DNA from: Camelus dromedarius
Taxonomy: Eukaryota
Reading direction: 5' to 3'
Length of the DNA: 64,000 bases
Assembly: GCF_036321535.1 (NCBI RefSeq)
Contig: NC_087436.1
Span: 99,946,001-100,010,000 of the forward strand
The stretch's first letter is position 1. Every line of letters starts with the position of its first letter. The translations under genes and the position numbers were made by a program. Below the pieces are notes generated by a model. The model saw nothing but the letters and a program-made list of their open reading frames with translations. It did no database searches and was not told where the DNA came from. Below, one piece after another: positions 53,140 to 64,000 of this stretch.

Positions 53140-56100
53140 GTATAAATACCAAAGTGTCTTAAAAGTAAAGAAAAACATACATTACATTAATGCTAATAAA
53201 ATTTATTAATGCTAATAAAAAAGCTTTGTGGTTATATCAACAAGATGCAACGTGGATTTTAGAGCAAAATCTATTACTAGACATAAAGAAGTTCATTTCA
53301 AATTACAAAAGAGAAAAAGGAGTATAACAATTCTTGATTTTTATACACCCAGTAAAAGACCTTTGGGACACATGAAACTTAAGGGAGAAATAGAAAGATT
53401 GGCAATTGTGTTAAAAAAATTTCTTCTCAAGTAGTCCCTGAATTTGGAAGATACAGAAGACTTGAACAAAATTATCCACTAATTGGAAATGACTGATATA
53501 GAAAGTTCCCCAACAACAGCAGAATACACATAGTTAATCAATGACTTTCTTTGAGAAGTTCAAAAGTTGATAATGTTCTAGTTACTAATACTTACCAATA
53601 TCAGAAATGAAAGAGGTGGAATATTTCTTGAAAGACACAAGCTATTGAAGTTCACTTGAGAAGAAACAGAAAATGTGAATAGACCTGCAAGAAAGTGTAT
53701 GTCATGTTAAAATTATGCCCACAAATAGAAGTCCAGGCTGAGAGACTCCACTGTGAAATCCTGCCAAATATTTCAGGAAGAAGCAGTACTGATTATATAC
53801 AAATTCTTCAGAAGATTGAGGAGAAAAGGATACTTTTTATCTAAGTCTTCAAAACCAGCCTTACTGTGATACTAAAACCAGAAAAATAATTGTGAGGAAA
53901 CACCACCATATCATTCATGAACATAGATTCAAACACCTTTTAGACGTTATACTAAAATTTATCCAAAATACATAAAAAGGTTAACACACATTAACTAAGC
54001 AATGTTTATATCAGAAATGCTGGTTTAATTCTACATTTGAAAGTATAACAACTTACAAAAGGACCTCTGTATGGTACTTTTTATAGATTTAGAAAAATCT
54101 TTAGGTAAAAGCCAATGTCCACTGTGGATAAAACACTTACCAAACTGTAAAAAGGGAGGGAAAAAAATCTCATTATGATAAAGGGCATATATGAAAGAAC
54201 AACTCCCCCCCAATATCTAACATCATATTTAGTGATGAAACCTTGAATATTTCCTCCCTAAGATACAGAATAGCAAGGATGTCTCCTCTCAACATTTCAA
54301 ACAATATTGAACTAAAATTTCAGCTAGTGCAATAAGGGAAGAAAGGAAAGTAATAGTCTTATTTGGAAAGAGAGAAGTAAAATTTACTCACAAATGGCAT
54401 AATTGTCTATATCTATGATGGGAATTGGCAAGGTTGCAAAAAGTCAACAGCACATAAATAATCATGTGTATTTCTATTTTCTAGCTACAAACAAATTAAA
54501 AATATTTTTTACAGTAGCATCAAAAATACCTAATACTTAAGGACAAATCTGAAAAAAATGTGCAAGACTTTTACATTGAGGACAAAAAAGATTATTGAGG
54601 TAAAAGGAAAAGAAAAGTAGATTGAGAGCTATATAGTATTCATGGATCTGAAGACTTAATATTATCGGATGTCAATTTTCCCAGTAGATACAATGCTGTC
54701 TCGATTAAACATTTCAGCAGGCCTTTATTTTTATTGTGAGAAGTTGAGAAGCTAATTCTAAAATCCAAATGAAAATGAAAGGACTAAGAACAGCCAATTT
54801 AAAAAAAAAAAACAACAAGGATAATTTTTAAAAGAACAAGGAACATATGGATACTAACTTAAAGAGTTTTTACAAAACTAAAGAAATCAAGACAATGAGG
54901 TAATGGTGTCATAATAGACAAATAAATCAATGCAACAGAAAATAGAGTCCAGAAAGAAATTCACACATCTTTGATCAACTGATTTTTGACAAATATGCAT
55001 AGGCATCTCAGTGTGTTACTAGGAGGGAAATAAGAATCACCTCAGTTCTTAGTCACCTGAAAAAAAAGAATTTTTAACAAGAGACAGACAGTGTGATATA
55101 AACAAGATTTTATTAGTAAAGTAAAAAGGTAGTAAAATACAGTACACTCCCAAGAATTGGGAGCGGGCCAATCCAAGAGAGGAAAATGGCACCACTCCTT
55201 TGTTTTTCCTGTTTTTATATCCTGGCTTAGGGGCGTTCCTTTGTGGTGATTGATTCATGGCTCAGGTTCTTTGAGTTCTCAGGCTGTCTGACAGCTCACA
55301 GTCCTTGTGCTCAGGGATGCCCATCCCCTTTTGGGCAGGTTCTTACCCATGAAGCACAAAGAGAAACCCATGGACGGGGCTCCAACTGTAATGTTAATTA
55401 CATTATAATAGGCATTGGGTCAGGTTAAGGCGGGTCCTTCTCTCTATTGCGTGGCTGCAGCGTTGGAGCCAAGCTGGCTTCTTTGCTGTCCTTCATTGAG
55501 AGAAAGGTTTTGGAGCCCCTTATCCTGAGTGCAGGCATACTGTTATTTTCTGGGTTGCTCCTGTCCCCTTTTCTCCCCCTGCCCAGTGCTCATTTCTAGC
55601 TAACTGCCTAACAAGTGGAGAAAAGATTGTCTTTTCTAAACATGGTGCTGGAACAACTAGACATCCATATTTTTTAAAAAAATGATCCAAAGCTCATATC
55701 AGATACAAAAATTAGCTCAAAATGCATCATAGACTGAGATACAAAAGCTAAAAGTATAAAGTCTCTAGGAGAAAACATATGATAAAAGTATTTTTCATCT
55801 CAGTTTAGCAAAGATTTCTCAGAATTCCAAAAACAGTATCCACAAAAAAAAAAAAAATCATTAATTTGGTGTAATCAGAATGAAGAATTTTTGCTTCTTG
55901 AAAACACTGTTAATTTTTGTTTAAAACGAAGAAGCCATAAAATTAGAGAAGAGTTTCGCAAATCATATATCTAATAATGGTATCTACTCAGATTATGAAA
56001 AATAGAAATAAAAAACCTTACAAATATTAAAACAGAGTACCCAATTGTATATATGGAGAAATTATTTGAAGAAACACTTCACCAAGGATAAATGGATGGC

Positions 56101-56640
56101 TTATAAGCACATGAAAAACTGCTCACCATTTAGACATCAAAAAAATACAAATTAAAATCAGAATGAGATGCACCCACACATCTATTAGAACAGCTAAAAC
56201 TATAAAGTCTGATTATACTTAGTCTGGGCAAGGCTGTGAAGCAACAGGAACTCTCCTAAACTGCTGATGGCATTTAACACAATACACTGTGGAAAACAGT
56301 TTGAAAATTTCTTGAAATGTTGAATGTGTTCTAATTATATGAACTAGCCATTCTACTCCTAGGCACTTACCCAAGAGAAACAAACCCTATGTTCATACAA
56401 AAACATGGAAGCAATGCAAACATTCATTAACACAGCAATGATAAACAAATTATGATGTAACTATACATAAGATTACTTCTCAGCATAAATTGAACTATTG
56501 ATATACACAATTTAGACAATTCTCAAAATAATTAGGCTGAGTAAAAGAAGCCAGAAAATAAAAAGGAGATACTGTGTGATTCCATTACTGTAAAAATCTA
56601 GACAATATAAACTAATGTATAGTCACATAAAGTCACCAAA
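53140..56640 (+). mobile_element. Old degraded L1M ORF2/3' UTR, interrupted by an LTR
   Basis: Sense ORF2-like motifs throughout (ORF 53228-53434 is endonuclease-like; 'gatcaactgatttttgacaaa…catggtgctggaacaactagacatcc'). Confidence 0.8.
55014..55613 (-). mobile_element. Solo ERV1-class LTR (600 bp) inserted in L1 ORF2
   Basis: TG…CA ends (minus start TGTTAGGCAGTTAGCTAG); perfect 4-bp TSD AGTG at 55010-55013 and 55614-55617; TTTATT near 55109. Several CpGs are retained. Confidence 0.92.
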
Positions 56641-56834
56641 TAGATCAGCCTGATTGTAGTGGCCTTCTTCTGTGTCCCGATCCTTCTTACACTTGGCTCT
56701 CATAGGATTTGTCACACTGTATTGAAACCCAAACTCTTTTTCTTATTCTATCTTGCTAGAATAAGTATCCTTGAAGTTATGGACATTTGAACTCTCAGTT
56801 ATTAGTGGAAATTCTATCACACAGTAAGTTTTCA

Positions 56835-57355
56835 AATATAAAAGCCAGAGTTTTACAATGACATCTAAGCTTTTACATGAGCTAGCCACTCATTTAACCT
56901 CTGTGACCTCGTTCTCGCTACTCCTCACTCACTCACAGTGGCTTCCTTGAAATTCCTCAGATACGCCAGGCATGATCCAACCTTAAGGCCTTTGCAATGG
57001 CCAGTCCCTTTGTCTGGAGTGGCCTTACTGCTGACACTTCTTGGCAAACTGTTTCACCTTTTCATTTCTTTGCTCAAATGTCACTTTTAGTATAACTGCA
57101 CTGAGCTTCCTACTTAAAATTTTAACTCCCCATCCCTACCCAATAATCTTGATTTTTCTCACCCTGATCTAATGTTTCCTTTTCCCCATTGTACTCATCA
57201 TCTTTCAACATAAGCATAATTTCCTTATTTAGATTTATCGCTTATATTTTGTCTCCCCTATTAAAATAAAAGCTCTGCCAAGCCAAGTGTTTTGTCCACT
57301 GATGTAAAGTAGCATCTGCCACGTAGTGAGTGCCCTCTAGACATTTGATAAATTA
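56835..57355 (+). mobile_element. L2 relic
   Basis: 'ggcttccttgaaattcctcagatacgccaggcatg…ccttaaggcctttgca…ctttgctcaaatgtcac'. Confidence 0.7.
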
Positions 57356-58934
57356 TCAAATAACCTAATGCTGAAAGACTGCAAAATTTTATAAAACATA
57401 TGATAAAAATTTTCCCCCAAAACAAATTACATTTAACGTAGCCTATTTACTTTCAAAATATTCTATAGCATATAAAGGGGAATATACATGAGCCTTAAAG
57501 AAACAATTGTATAATTCACCAATTCATAACTACTCAAAACCCACATATTCCCATACTTTTAGATCCTCTCTGAAGACCCTAAAGTGATTACGCAAAGGAA
57601 AGAAATTTTGTGAAAAACAGCCTTTTTTGGTAAATAATTTAATGAAGTAAAAGTTTTGTTCATCTATATAGAGTTGCATCAGTAATCATAATAAATGTTT
57701 TTAATAAGCATGAAATTATAATTCTGAAGGGCACTAAAATTAAACCACCTGCTAAGGGTGAGAAGATGAGAATAAACATTCATTTTTTTTTTTCCGAATA
57801 GGCAGAATGTAATATCTGCTTTAGTCAAACCATACAGATTTGTTCATATTGGCAATAAAGGAATATGCAACCAGAAATCATAGAAATTTGTATTTTAGAT
57901 TTCTAAAGAATTTCAAAATGAAAAGTAAACATCTTTTAAATGCTACATAATGCTATATAATGACAGGATGACAGGTTGTGGCAAATAGCATTTTAAAAGA
58001 TCTGTTCAAATGGATCTGAAGGTGTCATTTCCCTGTAATTTTATATATGTCATTAATTTACTATATCTGGGTATAACATATTATCAAACAGATGTTCATC
58101 AAGGACTAAATCATTTTTAATAGAACACAATAATTTGAACCTACATCTATTAATCATTTTTCATTATAACATTCATAATCTAGATAAACATTTTATCAGT
58201 TGCCAATAAAATTTTTAAAAAACAGAAAAAAGTGGTATTTAAAGAAGTATATTTCTTTCAAAACTGCATTTAAATAAAAATATTTGCCAATATGTATTAT
58301 TAAAAACTCCAGTGTAATTTTATAAACTAGATATCTAACCAATTCACACAATATAAAATTTGTTGAAAAATAAGGAAAAAAGTGACATATGTATTTAAAA
58401 TTTGTAGAAGGTTTTGATAAAGAGCCCGTGGTTATATTATTTGTGTTGGGATATGTCAGCTAGTAGAAATTGATAAATGGTAAAAAAGCAGAGTTTTAAA
58501 AATTAAATTTTGCTAAAATGTTGAACTAACTTGTGCTTTTGCATCCTTCCTCCAAAGTCGATTCTGGAGAAATTTTACAAATGAGAAAGAAAAATATGTT
58601 TCAGATACTAACAAAAAGTAAACACTGATAAATCCCTGAGAGTACTCAAAGCTGTCTTCCACTGATGTTTTTTAGGTCCTATTTCTGCCTTTGGGACAGT
58701 TTTTTACTGACCCCTCATGGCAGGAATCAATCCAAATCATAAGAGAATATCAGGACTGTATAAAATCCTTGAAGGGATAAGGACTAGATAAAAAAATTTG
58801 GAGAGACCAGCTCCCTAAAGTATTATTCATTCACACTTTTCCCTCCAAACACCTAAGGCTAATGAATGATAAAGGTTGAAAACTGTTTCCTTCCAGTAAT
58901 TCTTCTTCACAAGGGTTTAAAATGGAAATTTTTT

Positions 58935-59648
58935 GAGGTTATTTATCTTTTTTAATTTTTTATTTAAAAAATGTTTTATTGAATTATAGCTAATTTACAA
59001 TGTGCCAATTTCTGTTGTACAGCATAATGTTTCTAGTCATACATATACATACATATATTCATTTTCATATTCTTTTCCATTATAGATTATTACGAGATAT
59101 TGAATATAGCGACCTGTGCTATACAGAAGAAACTTATATATCTATTTCATATATAGTAGTTAGTATCTGCAAATCTTGACCTCCCAATTTATCCCTTCCC
59201 CTTGGTAACAGTAAGTTTATTTTCTATGTCTGTGATTCTGTTTCTGTTTGGTAAATAAGTTCATTTGCATCTTTTTTTTTTAGAGCGATATCACATGGTA
59301 TTTTTATTTCTCTTTCTGGCTTACTTTGCTTTAGAATGATGATCTTCAGGTCCATCCATGTTGCTACAAATGGCATTATTCTATTTTTATGGTTGAGTAC
59401 TATTCCACTGTATAAATGTACCACAGCTTCTTAATCCTTCATCTGTCAATGGACTTTTAGGTTGCTTCCATGTCTTGGCTATCGTAAATAGTGCTTCTGT
59501 GAACATTGGGGTTCATGAATCTTTTTGAATTAGAGTTTCCTCTGGATATATGCCCAGGAGTGGTATTGCTGGATCATATGTTAAGTGTGTTTGTGGACTT
59601 TTTAATGATGGCCATTCTGACTGGTGTGAGGTGATACCTCATTGCAGA
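58935..59648 (-). mobile_element. 5'-truncated L1 3' end with an internal deletion
   Basis: 'ttttattgaattatagctaatttacaatg…ggtgtgaggtgatacctcattg'. Lacks about 120 bp after 59585 relative to the copy at 13175-13300. Diverged TSD AAAATGGAAAT/AAAATTGAAAT. Confidence 0.88.
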
Positions 59649-59729
59649 TAAAATTGAAATCTTGACCATAGGATTTGCCTTGTAGAGTTAACATCAACTG
59701 GAGGTAATCTATGTAAGTTTTGAGGTACT

Positions 59730-60218
59730 TGTGATTCTGAAATTTGCCTCATTGGTACATTTCTCATTAAGTTCTCCAGTTCTTCCATGGAGTGGTGACT
59801 GGCCTTCAATCTTTCATGGATGCACATTGCCAGGTAGAGTAGTCATAGCAGAGAGATGTGTGTGCACAGAAATATACACAGAATTCTTTATGGTTCAGCA
59901 AGAGAATGAGGTTGAGTTCTGGCCAGTTGAATTTGGATAGATACTTTGATAGCCACTTCTAGACTTGGCTCTGAAGAATATCTTCCACTTCTCTCTTCCA
60001 TCTCTCTGGAGAACTCTAACAAATATACCATATCATAGTAACATCAGAAGTCAAGTTTTTCACGTACTGTAACTACAAGCTAGAAGGAAGCTGCTAAGTA
60101 TATGATGATTCTTGACTGATTGAGGAACGAAACTTCTCTGTAATTAAGCTGCCAAGATTTCGTGTTTTTCGTTTGTTTGTTTGTTTGTTTAGGATATCCT
60201 AGCATACCTTGATTTTAC
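59730..60218 (+). mobile_element. MLT1-like MaLR LTR (ancient)
   Basis: 3' end 'aaacttctctgtaattaagctgccaagattt…tttgtt…cctagcataccttgattttaca'. Confidence 0.45.
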
Positions 60219-60379
60219 AATACCTTGCTGATCCTAAGAAAAAAATGAACTCCCTGGTTAAAAGAGCAATGCACATGAAAAATATAATGATGTTTTTTCT
60301 GAAAATGACAATATAGTGAGCTCTATGTACAAATTGAAGTGTTATTATTAGAACAGGCAGAAAAATAATTTAAAATTAA

Positions 60380-60950
60380 TGTGATAAAATGATATATATA
60401 AGGAGAAAAGAAGTGCTATCAACATTAATTAAGGTAAAATTGTTGAAATAAAGAATGAGATAAAGAATGGATAGTCAGAGGAATATAGATGTGAAATAAA
60501 TAAATGCATTGAAAAACAAATAAATGACTTCTGCCAAAATGAAACAGAAAAAGGGAGAAAAATTAAAGGAGGAAATATTTGAATAAGCGATTAGACATAT
60601 TTTTGAAGGATTAAATAAAGATAGATATTTGATTGAAAGGATGCCAGACATGAGAGAGAAGGAAATACAGTCATATAGCAGAGACAAACAGAGGAGCATA
60701 AATGATGCCCAAGAGAAAGAACAGTCACCTGAAATGTACAAGAATCACAGTGACAACAAAATTCTCAATAGTAACAGTGTATAGAAAAAGATTGCTGAGT
60801 ATGCATGTATGCTTTTTTTATGTATAGATGGAAAGGATTTTTGAAACTAGCTATTTTACATCAAGCCAAACTACTGATTGAATGTGAGAGCACAATGGCA
60901 ATCCACTGTAGAATGTCAGGTCTCGGAACATTTGGCACACAGTGACACAC
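60380..60950 (+). mobile_element. Old L1M ORF1-like fragment (insertion target of the young L1)
   Basis: A-rich; 'agattgctgag…ggatttttgaaactagctattttacatcaagccaaactac…tgtgag' resembles the L1 ORF1 3' part. Confidence 0.5.
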
Positions 60951-60964
60951 ATTAAAAAAAAATT

Positions 60965-63900
60965 GAGGCAGGGAAATATAGAATATTTTTTTCTTTCTTT
61001 TTTAAATTTTGTTAACAGTAGGATGGGTTTGAGATCATGTTACTATCAGTTTAATAAAAACAGTTATAGTAATGGGTTGATAGATTTACAAAAAAGGGTA
61101 ACCACAAGCCAAAAATTTACAAAGGAGTCACAAAAATTAAATAAAATCCATGATAATACAAAGGAAAATTACCAAACCACAAAAGGAAGAAGAAAGGAAC
61201 AAAGAGGATATACCAATTCAACTGCAAAGATAAGTTCAAAATGGCAATAAACACACATCTATCATTAATTACTGTAAATGTTAATGGACTAAATGCTCCA
61301 GTCAAAAGACACAGAGTGGCAGACTGGATAATAAAGCAAGAACCTTCAATATGCTGCATACAAGAGACCCACTTTAGGGAGAAGGACACATATAGATTGA
61401 GAGTGAAAGGATAGAAAAGGATATTCCATGCAAATGGAAAAGCCAAAAAAGCAGGTGTTGCAGTACTGATTTCAGACAAAATAGACTTTAAAACAAAGGC
61501 CATAAAGAAAGATAAAGAAGGACATTTTATAATGATTAAAGGAGTGATACAAGATGAGGATATTACACTCGTTAATATATATGCACCCAATATAGGAGCA
61601 CCTAAGTACATACAAGAATTACTAACAGAGATAAAGGGGGATATTGATGGGAATACAATCATAGTTGGAGATTTTAACACTGCATTAACATCACTAGACA
61701 GATCTTCCAGACAGAAAATAAACAAGGCAACAGAGAAATTAAATACTACAATAGAAAAACTAGATTTGGTGGATATTTTCAGAGCATTACACCCCCCAAA
61801 AATAGGATATACATTCTTTTCAAGTGCACATGGAACATTTTCCAGGATCGATCATGTACTTGGACACAAAAGAAACCTCAACAATTTTAAGAAGATAGAA
61901 ATTATCTCAAGCATCTTTACTGACCACAATGCCATGAAACTAGAAATCAACAACAGAGAAACAAAGGAGAAAGAAAGGAAAGCATGGAGATTAAACAATG
62001 TGTTATTGAAAAAACAATGGATCAATGAGGAAATCAAAGCTGAAATTAAAAAATACCTTGAGACAAATGATAATGAAAGCACAACCACTCAAAACCTATG
62101 GGACATAGCAAAGGCAGTGCTAAGAGGGAAGTTTATAGCGATACAGGCCTTCCTCCAAAAAGAAGAACAATCTCAAAAAAACAATTTAACCCACCACCTG
62201 AATGAATTAGAAAAAGAAGAACAAAAAGCCCCAAAAAGCAGCAGAAGGAAGGAAATAATAAAGATCAGAGAGGAATTAAATACAATACAGATTAACAAGA
62301 CCATAGAAAAAATCAACCAAACCAAAAGCTGGTTTTTTGAAAAAGTAAATAAAATCGACAAACCTCTGGCCAAACTCACAAAGAAGGAAAAAGAGAGAGC
62401 ACAAATTAGCAAAATAAGAAAGGAAAATGGAGAAATTACAACAAACAAAATAGAAATACAGAATATCATACGAGAATATTATGAAAAACTATATGGAACC
62501 AAACTGGATAACCTAGAGGAGAGGGACAAGTTTCTGGAAACATACTGTCCACCAAAACTGAATCAAGAAGAATCTGAACACTTGAACAATCCGATCACTA
62601 GAAAGGAAATAGAAATAGCAATTAAAAACCTCCCTACAAATAAAAGTCCAGGACCGGACGGCTTCACCGGGGAATTCTACCAAACATACAAAGAAGAACT
62701 CATACCAGTCCTTCTCAAACTATTCCAGACGATTGAAAGGGAGGGAATACTCCCAAACTCATTCTATGAAGCCACCATCACCCTGATACCAAAACCAGGC
62801 AAAGACACTACAAAAAAAGAGAATTATAGGCCAATATCACTGATGAACATAGACGCCAAAATCCTCACCAAAATTTTAGCAAATAGAATCCAACAACAGA
62901 TAAAAAAGATTATACATCATGACCAAGTGGGGTTCATCCCAGGGACATAAGGCTGGTTCAACATACGCAAATCAATCAGTGTAATACATCACATCAACAA
63001 GAGAAAGGAAAAAAAACACATGATCATCTCAATCGATGCAGAAAAAGCATCTGATAAAATTCAACACCCATTTATGATAAAAACTCTTGCCAAAGTGGGT
63101 ATAGAGGGAACATATCTCAACATAATAAAAGCTATATATGACAAACCTACAGCCAGCATAGTACTCAACGGTGAAAAACTCAAAAGCTTCCCACTAAAAT
63201 CTGGGACAAGACAAGGATGCCCACTATCACCACTCCTATTCAACATAGTCCTGGAAGTCCTAGCCACAGCAGTCAGGCAAGAGAAAGAAATAAAAGGGAT
63301 CCAAATTGGAAAAGAAGAGGTAAAAGTGTCATTATATGCTGATGACATGTTACTATATATAGAAAACCCTAAAACGTCCACACAAAAGCTACTAGAGCTG
63401 ATTGAAGAATTCAGCAAGGTAACAGGTTACAAAATTAACGTTCAAAAATTAGTTGCATTTCTTTACACTAATGATAAATCAACAGAAGAAGAAAGTAAAG
63501 AAACAATCCCCTTTAAAATAGCACCCAAAGTAATAAAATACCTGGGAATAAATCTAACCAAGGAGGTGAAAGAATTATACACAGAAAACTATAAACCATT
63601 GATGAAGGAAATTAAAGAAGACTTTAAAAAATGGAAAGATATTCCATGCTCTTGGATTGGAAGAATCAATATTGTTAAAATGGTCACACTGCCCAAGGCA
63701 ATCTACAGATTTAATGCAATCCCTATCCAATTACCCAGGACATATTTCACAGAACTAGAAAAAATCATAATAAAATTCATATGGAACCATCAAAGACCTA
63801 GAATTGCCAAAGCATTACTGAAGAGAAAGAAAGAGGATGGAGGAATAACTCTCCCAGACTTCAGACAATACTATAGAGCTACAGTCATCAAGACAGCATG

Positions 63901-64000
63901 GTATTGGTACAAAAACAGACATATAGACCAATGGAACAGAATAGAGAGCCCAGAAATGAACCCACAAACTTTTGGTCAACTCATCTTCGACAAAGGAGGC
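60965..64000 (+). mobile_element. Young LINE-1, 5'-truncated in the inter-ORF spacer, continuing beyond the window
   Basis: Spacer from about 60965 to 61240, then ORF2 from ATG 61241. 63514-64000 is nearly identical to the rc of 13909-14392. Confidence 0.97.
61241..64000 (+). pseudogene. LINE-1 ORF2 (APE endonuclease + reverse transcriptase), in frame but with two nonsense codons
   Basis: MAINTHLSLITVNVNGLNAPVKRHRV…QET…; TAG at 61412-61414 (expected Trp); GDFN, RIDH, TDH, PGPDGF, NYRPISL; TAA at 62948-62950 (expected Gln); QGCPLSP; YADD at 63335-63346. Frame stays open to 64000 by manual translation. Confidence 0.95.

Noticed and set aside
53184..53222. ATTAATGCTAATAAAA direct duplication (similar short duplications at about 31214-31246 and 37162-37187)
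   Set aside because: Two-copy local duplications only; no array, spacers or CRISPR-like organisation.
61532..62950. 472-aa ORF as a novel or host RT/nuclease gene
   Set aside because: It is simply the L1 ORF2 segment between two premature stops.
61117..63417. Minus-strand hydrophobic ORFs (202, 78, 98, 118 aa)
   Set aside because: Antisense frames of A-rich L1 ORF2; a common artefact.

Overview
AT-rich, repeat-dense mammalian DNA, either intergenic or deep intronic. Two tRNA-derived SINEs of Vic-1 type, together with an artiodactyl-style LINE-1 3' UTR and an internally deleted Tigger1, point to a camelid genome (camel, alpaca or vicuna). I found no credible host protein-coding exon, RNA gene, CpG island or prokaryotic feature. 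Long ORFs with recognisable homology are LINE-1 ORF2 remnants; the rest are microsatellite read-throughs or look like chance frames. The window is a layered transposon record: a probably full-length ancient L1 (about 2.8-10.1 kb, minus) with three nested insertions, two copies of a young L1 family in opposite orientation (12.6-14.4 kb minus; 61-64 kb plus, with a nearly intact EN/RT ORF2), and several short L1 3' ends. It also holds three solo ERV1-type LTRs with 4-bp TSDs, MER34-, LTR33- and MLT-like LTRs, L2 and MIR relics, and DNA-transposon MITEs. I could not support a new biological system. The most notable signals are TPRT oddities (solo poly(A) insertion, roughly 30-nt L1 micro-insertion, twin-priming inversion), variant ORF2 catalytic motifs, and a few repeat-free stretches that could be regulatory or non-coding exons. 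Repeat family names come from my recall of consensus sequences, not from a database search.
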